From: Lingula anatina
Taxonomy: Eukaryota > Animalia > Brachiopoda
DNA length: 64,000 nt
Assembly (NCBI GenBank): GCA_051362555.1
Contig: CM120648.1
Location: 5,576,587-5,640,586, forward strand
Direction of reading: 5' to 3'
The translations under genes and the position numbers were made by a program. Position 1 is the stretch's first letter, and each line of letters opens with the position of its first letter. Positions 44,701 to 56,847 of this stretch are shown here, in pieces. Under the pieces are notes generated by a model. The model had not been told where the DNA came from and made no database searches. It worked only from the letters and a program-made list of their open reading frames with translations.

Positions 44701-47700
44701 GTTTTACTAGGCGTGACAGACGTTTAAGCCAGTTAATTTGATAGCAATTTAGTGAGACTCCCCATGGAGATAGATTGATCCAAATATCTGTGGGAAAGGT
44801 CCCTAAGTGAATATGAGGCTGCATTCACAACCAGTTGATCTGTGGACTAACAAATCCACAGATTACACATGGCCGACACAAACCTAAATGAAGTGTGAAA
44901 GGGATAACTACAAATACAAAACTACTTTTGACTTAGCATCAAAATAAATAAATAAAAGTGAAGGTGAATGGGGGGATTCTTAGGATAATTCTGCTTAACA
45001 AAATTATCACTTGTATGTCATAATTTCTAACCATTTATTTGATCATTTTCGTCCCCAATATCCCATCTATCCATCATACTTGACCCTAGTGGTCACAACG
45101 CATAAAACAAAGGACCAATCAAAAATATAGTGAAAGTATAGGAATGGCACAAGATTAAGAGGCATGGTGATCCATGACAGCCAACCTGCTGAAAGTGGAT
45201 GGCACCCAATAATAATTACTCACAATGTACAGACTGGGTGATGTTGGAACATGTAGATGAAATAATTAACTTGTGTGAATAAGTTTTCCTTCTTACCCAT
45301 AAACTTGGCAGTCTCTTTAGGAGCATCCTGGCTCCTGACCTTCAACTTCACTGTTATACATTTGCCCTTCACCTTGACCTTTGACATGCGATTGTGAACC
45401 TCCTCTGCTAATTCATATAAGAACTTTTCCACTTCCTCCCACTGTTAAAATGAAAAGGATATAAATTAATATGTTGAACTAAATGATTAAGTATAAATAT
45501 TTGAGTTCATAGTCATTTGAAAAACTTCTTGGAACACAGCAAGTTGATGTAAATATGATGCAATTTTGACCAAAAGAAGGAGAATTTCTATGATAACTGA
45601 AAGCATAAAGCTTTTGTCCCAAGACTTGAGACCTTCACTGCAAGAACAAGCAAGGGGGGGGGGGGGGGAGCACAACTTGTCTGACACCTGGGACAGTGTT
45701 ACAGTGAGCAGTTCTCACTATACTGTTCAATATAAACTGTCTCGCAACTTCAATGTGACTGATGAAATCCCAAATGTTCACCTATTACAGGTATGCTTTC
45801 AGTAAGTGTAAAAATTGAACAGTTTTAAAATGTCATTATGCTGGACAGTTTAGCTAATTTAAAAAATGAAAATAAACAAGCAGTCTACCTTCGTGAACCT
45901 AATCCCATAATTGATCTCAGCAGAGACGGATTTTCTTTCCTTCTCCACTTTGATTGGACGATCATCTATGCCCCGACAAAACCTGTGCAGTGATTGGCCA
46001 GTTTTGGGGCCGAATTCCTTCTGCAGAGTGGACAGGGAGACTTTCTGAAGGTCACCACACGTCTGAATGTTCATGGACTTTAGTCTGCTGGAGGTTGACC
46101 TGCCCACACCTATGGGGAATTGTAGAGCAGGTAAAAGGGACAAAGTTTATCCAATAATTACCTTGTTTTAACAAATTAATTAAAATTAAAATTGCAAATT
46201 AAATTGCAATTGCAATTTAATTTAATTAATTGCAATTTAATTAAAATTAATTGCAATTTAAAATTAAAATTAAAATTAATTGCAATTTAATTAAAATTGC
46301 AAAAATTAACTTTACCAAATAAGAGAATTGTTTGATTTGATTTGATTTAAAAAAAAAAGAGCTGTTGCATTTTTCATACACAAGTTTTAAGGTGAAACTT
46401 TCCTTGGTTTCATCAATCATCATAGAGATCATATTCCTCAATTTGCTGAGAAAACTGCTTGTTTGTATGAGTTGACAGGGAATAAAAGTGTTTTCAATTG
46501 GTCAGATGAACATCAAATAGCATTTGAAAGTTTAAAACAAGAGTTAACAACTGCCCCTTGTTTAGCCTTTCCTTTGTCTGAAGGTGAATTTATACTTGAT
46601 ACAGATGCATCATATTCATGTATAGGAGCAGAACTTTCACAGTTACAACATGGTGAAGAAAAGGTTATTGCTTATGGAAGTAAAATTATGTCACCTATAC
46701 AGCGGCGTTATTGTACAACTAGAAAAGAGCTCTTAGCTGTTGTAAACTTCTGTAGACAATATAGACATTATTTGTTGGGAAGAAAGTTCAGAATCCGAAC
46801 AGATCATCATAGTTTAGTGTCGTTGTTAGGATTTAAAAACCCAGATGGTCAGTTAGCAAGATGGTTAGAAGAATTATCTCAGTATAATTTTACCATTGAA
46901 CATAAACCAGGAAAGAAGCATGGAAATGCAGATGCATAATCAAGAATACCTGTAGCTATGAAAGAATGTGATTGCTATAAGGTGGGAGTGAAATTGAGTG
47001 AATTACCCTGTGCAGGATGTCATTATTGTCAGAGAGTACATAATAATTGGTCAAGGTTTGAGACTGATGTGAATGATGTAATTCCTCTGGGAAGTAAGAA
47101 ATCAGATGACAATGTAGTTGAATCGAATGCAATGGATGATATGAAGAATGAAACAAATTGTGAAAAATTCAGTTCAGTTTTGATGTGTCAGAGGGCTGAT
47201 ACAAATGATAAAACTGATAAGAATGAAAGAGATGAATTATGCAATTGGTTGAAAGGATATGACTTGAAAAAATTGCAGAGAAAAGATGCAGATTTGAAAA
47301 TAATCATAGGTTGGTTAGAGAATGGTGAACCTAAAGAATCAGAGTTGTATTTGTGTAGTATGGCAGTGAAAGGATTGTGGAATTGCAAAGAACAATTGAT
47401 TCTTTTGAATGATGTCTTATATTACAAATGGGAAAAGAGAGAGGATAGAAATTTATGTTTAATTGTACCAAAAGATTTGGTCAATGAAGTTTTATTTTTC
47501 CGTCATGATTCAAAAACAGCTGGTCATTTTGCTTATGAGAAAACTTTGCAAAAATTCAAACAATCATTCAAGTGGCATGGAATGAATAGAGATTGTAAAT
47601 TGTATGTAAGTTCATGTGAACTTTGCAATAAAAACAAGCATAGTACTGTTCGACCAAAAGCCAAAATGAAATTACATCATGCAGGATTTCCTATGGAAAA

Positions 47701-50700
47701 GGTTCATTTAGATATACTTGGACCATTTACTCAAAGTGAATTTGGGAATTCTTATATTTTGGTTATGATAGATCAGTTTACTAAGTGGATAGAATGTGTG
47801 GCATTGCCAAATCAGACAGCTGAATTAGTAGCAAAAGCATTTTTTGAAAAATTCATAGTTACTTTTGGTTGTCCACAAGAGATATATACAGATCAAGGTT
47901 CAAATTTTCAAAGTAGCCTATTTAGAAATTTGTGTAAATTATTAGAAATCAAACAACTTAGAACAACTGGTTTTAGAGCAAGTGCTAATGGACAAGTTGA
48001 AAGATGCATGGGTATTATTACACAGATGATTAGATATAATGTAGAAGGGAATGTAAGATATTGGGATAGAGATTTACCTCAATTAGTTATGGCATTACAT
48101 TCAACTGTGAATGCATCAACAGGGTTTACTCCTAACATGATGATGTTAGGGAGAGAAGTTTTTATGCCATTGTATTTACTAACAGGTTGTGTGAATGAAA
48201 ATTTGATACCATATGAGACTCATGAATGGTTGAAAAACTTGAATGAAAGCCTAAATAGATCACATGAAATGGCTAGAGAAAAATTGAAAGGTGTGCAGAG
48301 ACGTCAAAAACAATTGTTTGATGCAAAATTGAGAGAGAGTGAATATACTTGTGGTCAGAAGGTATATTTGAAGGATGAAAGTCATAAAAAGGGAGAAAGT
48401 AAGAAACTTAGACCCTTATATAGAGGACCATATGATGTTATCAAAGCATCCCCACCTCTCTATACCATTAACGATAAAAAAGGAAAAAACCAGGTGGTAC
48501 ATCATGATAGATTGAGAAAATTTGTTGAAAGAGAGAGTGATTTTCAGTTGAATGAACCACAATTGGTGGAACCAATTGTAAAAAGATCAAGATTTGGTAG
48601 ACAAATTAAGATGCCATCTCATTTAAGAGATTTCGCCTTAGAATGATTATATTGATGTATATTTAGTTTATTAGTTAAGGTATAGTTGTATATAAATACT
48701 TCCTTAATGTTCGGCAGTGCCGAAATAAAAGGAATTTAATTATTTGTATTTTTTTGTCTAGGTGATGGATGATACCAACATAAACAGCATTTTGCTAGAC
48801 ATAGATATCACGTGGACCAAACAATGGATAGAGAATCCTTCATCTCTGTTTCAAATTTCATTACAAAACTTAAAACCAAACTCTCTGTATGAAGCCAGAA
48901 CTATAATCTATCTAGGAAAGATATTGAATGAAAACCTTCTAAAAGAGAAGGGAATGGATTTTCTTATTGATAATATGCATATTTATAATAATGAGATTTC
49001 CAAAGAAGAAATGATACAAATAATTTTTTTTCTGAGAGACAAATTATATGGATAAAGATATATATTTGATAAAGTATATTATAGTTTGTACTTCCTATCA
49101 TATTACAGGTAATTTGATCAAAACAACAGTCCAAGTTGGTATATTTTTTTACATATTTGTTCGAATTTTATTGTTGAGCATGATACATTGAACACTGCAT
49201 GAATAAGTTTATAGCTATTTCTTTTGGATTAGGGTTATAGAAAAAAAAATTTGTTAAATATTGCCTAACATAGTTACACTGTTCAAACTTATATGTTGCA
49301 GTTGAGCATGTGTTTTGCATGTAAGGTAGTTGGATTGGATATTGTTACGGTATTTATGGTAGTTGGATTGGATATTGTTGAGGTAATTTTTTCTTATTAT
49401 ATATTTTCATGATAAAGTTTTTCATAGATTTAATATAAAAGTAATTTAACTTTGCTTTTGGTTTGAATATTTGAACATAGTTAATGCGGCAATGCTGTAT
49501 TACTATGTTAGTAATGTAATGCTATGCTGATAGTGTAATACTATATTAATAATGTAAAATTATGTTAATATTCATTTGAAAGAAAAGCTCATTATCATGT
49601 ATATTCATTCAAGAAAATAAACCATTGCATAAGTTTATTTCAGATATGGATGATTTAGACATGCTAGGTGAAGCCTATTTTGTCCTGGATTATGATGACA
49701 CTGATTTGGTGGAAGATCCTACTGCCCCAATTGGTGAAGAGGGGGAGGAAGTTACCCACCCAAAGAACCAAAACAATCTAAAAAAAATAAATAAAATAAA
49801 ATACATCTATTAAGCTCTCAATGTACAAGCTAATGTATGTTTCCCTTCTTTGCTATGGTCTGCCTGGTAGTAAATTCCTACTCACCAGGGATATCTTGTA
49901 TGGACTGTGTTTTCATGAAGTCTGTCACTTGATCAGGGGGCAAGTAGAACTGACCGTTTGGTTTGGCCACTCTGGTACACATCCGGGCAAGTAGTATGTT
50001 ACTGGCTGAGAAAATGTAAAATATCTTGTTGTGAAATCTCAACTAACGCTATTAAAACAGAAAAAAAGTGCATTTATTCTGTAGAACCAACTTGAAAGCT
50101 TGCTGTGTAATCCCTGTAAAACAGAATAACATTTATTTGAAAAATGAAAATCAGAAGTGTTTATATCTTGGTGGTGGGATAATGGAATAACAAGGGTATC
50201 AATATGAAGTTTCATTTTTTGCACTAGTACCAACTACAGGTCCATTTGAATGGCTGAACAGTATGCATGTGATCAGTTTCAGACACAAACACAATTATGA
50301 ATTTTCATAAACAAATAATCAACAAAAGTAAATGCACATCTCTTTGGATCATATATGTATTTAACTTTCTCTCTGCACTCCTCTCTCTGTCTCAAGGATA
50401 CACACAGTGACACAAACACACAGTGACACACACAGTGACACACACAGAGAGTGACACACACAGTCACAAACACACACACACACACACACACACAGAGCAA
50501 AACTACAAACACCTTCAGTACCTAAACCTGCCGAGGCATTGCACTTGGTGACCGCTCTAATCTGCTGTCTTACAATGGCCGCCAGTTCCTCAGGCGAGGC
50601 CCCAGTGTCCTGCAGCAGTTCTGTACAGTCAACATACATCTCATCACAACTTACAGCCTCTATGTCATGAGTGTAGCTGAATGGGAGAAAATGTGTTTAA

Positions 50701-51990
50701 CGCTCAGAAGTTTCTTTTCTTAATTATCTAAATATATCAATTTCAATCTAATTATGCTTTTCCTTTTTTAAACAATACAAATTAATAAAACACGATGTAT
50801 TATGTATCAATACTGAGGCATCAAGTATAATTTTATTCAAATTCAATGAAACACAATTACCGCTGTAAAAAACAATAAAATATTTATATATCTAAACCTA
50901 ATTTTCAAAAAAAAAAAAAAAAAAATACAATTTTCTTTGGTAGCCAGAATGTAGAAATCATGGTAAAAACAGTTTAAAATGCATGCATCACGCCCAAGCA
51001 TCCCCATTTTCATTACTTAACAATTACTGAGATATATTTTACTCTTTACTACCTTGCTATGATATCATAGAGTTGCTGGGCCACCGTTTTGTAGCCTTCG
51101 AAGTCATAGGGTATGGTGACTAGCTCAGGGCAGAGCCTCCTGGCCTGACCCATGAACATACCATTCTTCACTCCTACCTGGAAATATGTACAACATTGTG
51201 TCACAACAGTATAATGTGTTAGTTGAAATCTACTGTGTTAGTTAGGGTGCATTATGGTAGATTTTCTTAGATTAGATGCAGTGTGTTCTGATTAAGTGTG
51301 CTAGTTGAGGTTTGTTATGTTAGTTGAAGTTGTGTTAGATAAGATGCTTTGTGCTAGTTGAGCTTGTGTTAGATAAGATGCAGTGTGTTAGTTGAGATAC
51401 AATGTCACATGAGATATGTTGTTATGATAATTTTGCATCAAACTTGTGTGGACATTTTACATTCACTTAGCACGGCATCTCCTCACCTTCCTTGCTTCGT
51501 AACTACAAGATGCAATCTCAGCCATGGAATGAAAGGTTGCTTCGCTGCTTTGCTGAACTGGACCTGGCTTGTCTTGTACCTCACCAAGGTCAGTATCAAG
51601 ATCATCATCCAGGTTCGTTTGGGAATCGAGTTCACTGGATTGTTGAATGACAGATTTTTTATTTTTTCTCATTCTCTCTTCTTTTTTCTTGTGCCAAAGA
51701 GAGAATTCTTTCTCAACGTCTTTTTCTGACTTGTCAGGGACCCCCTTTCCTCTGGAATGTGTGACTGCTACAGGTTTTCCTGTGGAAAAAAATCCAAAAT
51801 CATCCAAGTTTCAATCAGTGCTTTCAGTTTAATATCAAACTGAATTCAATACCATTGTGAAGCATATACTTTAGTTCTAAAAAACAAAAATATGTACACT
51901 CAAATGTCAAAATGTCACAGATTTACAAAATTTACATATTTTAGATATATTATCTTGTGGTAAACTTGTGACAAATTTTCAAATCATTCA

Positions 51991-52033
<43 letters not shown>

Positions 52034-55000
52034 ACGACACTGACTCACCACTTAAATCTGGCCTGTTCCTCAGTCCAACTGACACAAAAAATGAGTCCAT
52101 ATCAATGTGCATTATAACCCGCCCTGATTCCTCACTGAGCTGCTTGATTTTGTCACTATTGAACTTTTTTATACCCATTCCACTAATATCACAAATTTCA
52201 GAGGACAACTTTTCACCATAAGACACAGAAAGACGATCAAGAGCAATATCCCATGATGCATCAGTACCGTTCTTTCTTTTCTGCATCATCTCCTTCAGAT
52301 GAGCACGCCCCAGAAAATCGCAGCTTTTGCTTTGTAGCTCATTAACATAAGCCTTGAACTCTGCCCCCCAAGTTGACAAATAGTGGAGGCGAGAGTGACT
52401 GTAGAACTCTGCAACAAAGTTTGCCTCGCCAGCCTTGGACATACGGGAATGTGGGGAATACTGCCCTCTGCTACTGGACCCTTGACCACTTCTGGCCGTG
52501 CTGGCCACACTGGATGAAGGGTGCAGCTGGCCACCTGAACCAGAAGTTTGACCACTACCACCAGACCCTTGACCACTTTCTGAGATTTTGGACTGAGGGG
52601 ACACAGAGAACGGCTGTACATTAGAACTTGATCTTTGAGCATTGACTAGAATTCTGGAAGGAGAAATCTGCTGACTGGCTGATCTTTCAACATTGTCTGA
52701 CATTCTGAAGGGTCCAGAAAAATGAGCACTTTTATCTGGAACATGTTGATTTGTATTTGGTGGAGTAGTAGAACTGGCATTATTTTCATCTGGGCCTTTG
52801 TTTAAAGTTTGTAACAAACATGATGATGGTGATGTTGATGCAGGCATTGGTGACGATGTTCCTGCTGATGATAGTGATGACACGGATGATGTTGATGATA
52901 AATCTTTAAAAACTGGGTCGGAGTTTTTCAAAAATGGATGATCACGGCTGACATCAACTGTCCTCCTAGGAGGTGGAATGTGGAATGCGCTGTCTTTTAA
53001 AAAACTTGCTGCTTCTCCAGAGCTGTCTCTTTGACCTGAGACCTTCTCTCTCATTAGTGTTGTAGACTTGAAATGCTTTGATCCAGAATCTGATAGCTCC
53101 TTATTAAGATTTTGTTCAGACATGGAGGGTTGAGCTGCCCCATGATGAAAATCAGGTAATTTTTTAACAACTGAGACAGATTCTGTGATAGGAGAATGAT
53201 GCGAAATTGTGGCAGGTGAAATAGAGTTCCTAATTGGTGAATGTCGCGATAGCGAAGTACAACCAGAAAGATAACCTTCTTCACAAAAAAGATCATTTCT
53301 AGAACTTGAATAGTGTTTCGTTTTACTACTGCTGACAGAATTTCCATTGCTTTCAGTTTCCAATCTTGAGCTATATGCAGACTGGCAACTAGAGTTGTTG
53401 TTACTGACAGCCTCATTTCCAAAGTGAGGCTGGTGTGTGGAGGATGTTGCATGACTGGAGAAGCTGAGAGCTGGCTGTAGCTTTGATCTGGCTGTATACA
53501 GAAGATAGGGCACATGTGACAACAGTTTGCCTGCCTTGATGCTGGAATATATCAAAATATCAATAATTTTATTTATTGATATGAAGATATTGTTAATAAT
53601 ATATTCAGACTACTGTATTAAAACAGCAATATTGCAATCACATTTATTTGTTGAGTTTTTTTCCAGGAACCTTCTCGCAAAAGAGAAAAGAAGGCCCATA
53701 ATGATGCATACAATTTCATATAGATGAAGAAAATGAACTCATAAACTCGATACTAACAAATGTATCACCAGCCAAGTTCAAAAGACTTTCGTTAGACTGA
53801 GTCAGTGTCACTAACTGACCAGTGCATGGTTTAGAGCTGGTCATTGTGTCATTCACCTGTCTGTAATCCAGTCTGGCCTGACCACTTTCTGTACCTTAAG
53901 GTCCCTGATCTTACTGTCCGGCAAGTTGGACGCTATGACGTGGGTGACTGAGAGTTTGGACAGGTAGTGGATGTACTTCCCGCCATGAAGCATCATAAGA
54001 CGCTTTAACTGGTTGGCTGATGGATCTGAGGAGAGCAAAATATAGAAATAAATTAATAAATAGTCATACCATATATATCGATAAATACATTTATAAATAG
54101 ATCAATAAATAAATTAAAAGGTAAATATGTATTTATCTATTTCATGTCATGTAAAATACAATTTAAAGGGCAGTTGCAAAAATTGTTACGGACAATATAA
54201 TTCCTACATGCTATTTGATTTAGGTAAATATATTCTCTTATGTTTTGTAGTTGCATTTATTTTAAAATGTAGTACATGCAAAATCATATCAAGTTGCCCT
54301 ACATACTTGTATATCCATTTACAAAGATAGCTACTCCATGGAATATATTTGAACTTTGCCCTTCTTCAGTTTGGGCTACAGGCTTTTCTTCCTGGAACTG
54401 TTCCTGAAGTTTCTGTTTCTTGGCATTCATATAGCCTCCCTGAAACCACACAAACAAAGGCATGACAGCATTTTACTGGCAAGGATGCATTTCAACTAGA
54501 TTTATCAGGGGCTTCTCAATAATCTGAAGGTCCATTGGTCCAAAGAATTGTATGCACACACCTCTGATGAACTTTACTTTATTACCAGTACACTATGACT
54601 AAACACTTTATTCATGCATCAGCTGTGGACTATCAAACCTTCGGACCAATGGACCTTAATTTGGACTATTGCTAAGCCCCAATTTATCAACAAAAATTAA
54701 TAACGCTCATACACGCTCGGCTGTCACCTTGATTGGATAGTAAACAATTGTCGTAAAATCGCTAAATGATATTAAAATCGGGTACATAAACTTAAAAACC
54801 ACCTAGGACAACCTCAGACTGCCACATTAATCCAATACAATGCAAAAATAAACTATAACAAGTGGTTAAAGCCTTCAAACCGAATGTCGTAAAGTCCCCA
54901 TATACCTCCATAGAGACAATAAAATAGAATAAGCTTCTGAAACAAACCTGACCCAGTTCCAACAGAATAATCGAAATAAAATACTGCCGGGCATCGGAGC

Positions 55001-56044
55001 GGCCTAAAACTTGGCACGCTTACCGCTAATACTGCAGGCTACATCATCCCGTCGCTCGTTTGTAAATTCCGTGCATGGCATACGCTGTAAATGAAAATTC
55101 CACCTCTGATGTTTATCTCAGTCCTCTCTAACCTACCATTACGAAAAAGAAGCCATGCCATTGGACAATGCGACCTCTGCGGTTACGTCATTTCCTGAAT
55201 TGGATTGTTGAGAGGACCAAGATAAACATCAGGGGTGATATTTGGTGATATTTGGATTTACGGTTTGATTGTGCGTATGCCATGCACGGAATTTACAAAC
55301 GAGCGACGGGATGATGTAGCCTGCAGTATTAGCGGTAAGCGTGCCAAGTTTTAGGCCGCTCCGATGCCCGGCAGTATTTTATTTCGATTATTCTGTTGGA
55401 ACTGGGTCAGGTTTGTTTCAGAAGCTTATTCTATTTTATTGTCTCTATGGAGGTATATGGGGACTTTACGACATTCGTTTTGAAGGCTTTAACCACTTGT
55501 TATAGTTTATTTTTGCATTGTATTGGATTAATGTGGCAGTCTTAGGTTGTCCTAGGTGGTTTTTAAGTTTATGTACCCGATTTTAATATCATTTAGCGAT
55601 TTTACGACAATCGTTTACTATCCAATCAAGGTGACAGCCGAGCGTGCGCTCATATTGCAGGTTTATTGCTCAGACACCGTTTGCAGTCTTTGGGGACTGG
55701 ACATCTCAATGTGTAATGTATCTGAAGATTTTTTTTTCAGAAATTGTCAAAAAATAATGACGATATAACATTGTTGTGATTATAATAAATAACTTCATCT
55801 TCTTTTTGTAAAACATTCGAACCAGAGGATCTATTTAAAATCTGGATGAGCGTTAAATGCAGACGTGGAAGATAGACCGCTTTCGATATTTGATATGATA
55901 CATGACATGTACTCAGTATACAGTATTTGAACGTCTTTCGAGTTTCGTTTTCACATCGTTTTGAAGTAATTCTAATCTCACCCGAGATCCCCATCCGTCC
56001 TTGTCCACAGTCTGACGTTTCGTACCTCTCTGCATTGAGCTCAT
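38742..56044 (-). CDS. REV1: DNA repair protein REV1 (Y-family deoxycytidyl transferase)
   Basis: Exon 1 at 55982-56044 (MSSMQRGTKRQTVDKDGWGSR) splices to GGYMNAKKQKLQEQF..IFHGVAIFVNGYT. BRCT motif VVRPDWITD; EFYSHSRLHYLSTW; IMHIDMDSFFVSV; EIASCSYEAR; AVSCDEMYVD; RKSVSAEINYGIRF; ubiquitin-binding VDPEVLRELPPDIR; C-terminus ...FYGSSLKWE*. Confidence 0.96.
40080..40325. repeat. 62-bp tandem repeat x4 abutting a REV1 acceptor site
   Basis: taaatatcaggttgtaacacaaatacataggactcattcccaactgaaacaatctgtccaag starts at about 40081, 40145, 40207 and 40269. Confidence 0.95.
40888..41227. mobile_element. hAT-like MITE
   Basis: 12-bp perfect TIRs CAGGGCTTGACA / TGTCAAGCCCTG with acatca on both flanks (imperfect TSD). 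Confidence 0.6.
44559..44803. mobile_element. MITE, same family as 5883-6107
   Basis: Reverse-complement similarity across about 240 bp. Confidence 0.65.
46390..48646 (+). mobile_element. 5'-truncated Ty3/Gypsy LTR retrotransposon pol (RT end, RNase H, integrase), antisense in a REV1 intron
   Basis: FILDTDAS, RRYCTTRKELLAVV, RTDHHSL, QLARWLEEL, zinc-binding H-H-C-C, VHLDILGPF, IYTDQGSNF, ANGQVER, YRGPY and VVHHDRLR. There is a nonsense TAA at 46937-46939 within ADA(L)SR, and no gag or LTR pair is seen. Confidence 0.93.
54508..54680. mobile_element. 173-bp MITE with ~9-bp TSD (Mutator-like)
   Basis: TIRs ggggctt.caata.tc...aaggtccattggtcc / ggaccaatggacctt...gactattgctaagcccc; flanks gatttatca / aatttatca. 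Confidence 0.65.
54712..55646. mobile_element. 935-bp foldback non-autonomous DNA transposon with ~374-bp TIRs and 8-bp TSD
   Basis: 54712-55085 is a near-perfect inverted copy of 55273-55646. Termini are CACGCTCGG..CCGAGCGTG, and the TSD cgctcata is at 54704-54711 and 55647-55654. Confidence 0.92.
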
Positions 56045-56222
56045 TGCATCTTTTAAGTTAAAACCTCACGTAATATCCACCATTCACCAGAACTTCACGT
56101 CATCGCATTTTGCAACAAGCCCAAACATGGAAGAATCCATCTTTAAAATGCCCGGATGCAAGCTATAAATAGGTCACTTCCGGGCACCTGTAGAAAGCGC
56201 CAGTGTGCCAAACGTAAATAAG
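56045..56222. promoter_or_regulatory. Probable compact bidirectional promoter for REV1 (-) and CPLANE2 (+)
   Basis: REV1 ATG at 56044 and a plus-strand donor AAG|GTGAGG at 56223, less than 200 bp apart; ETS-type CACTTCCGG near 56175 and CCGGATG near 56152. Confidence 0.5.
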
Positions 56223-56638
56223 GTGAGGTTTAGAAGCAAGTCTTTGACTAAGTTTCAGTTGTGTGTTGTTCACTGAAGCTGTCTACTTTTGAGTGAAAAT
56301 ATGAAAAGAAAAATAAGTATGGTAGAAAGTTCAATGAAGATATACATTTTACCAAGCAGTAAATGCACTTGTGCTACGTACTAGTATTTGTAACTTTCAC
56401 ATTTTGTAGCTGACATTGGTACACCTGTACTGTAGGTTGTATGTTGCTCCCTCCATGGCTGTGCTTGCTTTCAGTTTGTACGCTGTGTTTTGCAACGATC
56501 GTTTTAAGCTACACATCCTAAGCTTCGTTACATGGGCCATGCGAAAGGAATCACATTCACATGCTAGAAGTTTTTGGTCCACTGTACAGTGTACAATGTA
56601 ATGAAATGAGATTAGATACAGATGTGTGAAAGCAGTCC

Positions 56639-56721
<83 letters not shown>

Positions 56722-56847
56722 TGAAGTCAGTTCCCTGGCTTAGTTGACTAGGATATCCATGAGACTGCTATCTCACTGCTCCTGATAGGGTAAGCTGTTA
56801 CCATATAACCATGTAACCTTGGTAATTAAGTTCATGGTCATTACAGA

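Noticed and set aside
46937-46939. Stop-codon read-through in Gypsy pol
   Set aside because: The TAA replaces the conserved Leu of ADALSR inside pol in a truncated copy; it is a simple nonsense mutation.
52295-53515. Alternative-frame ORFs overlapping the large REV1 exon
   Set aside because: Expected shadow ORFs of a long Ser-rich exon, with no independent motifs.
54712-55646. Inverted repeat as a shared first exon or promoter of REV1 and CPLANE2
   Set aside because: REV1's true first coding exon is at 55982-56044, and the repeat has a TSD, so it is an intronic insertion.
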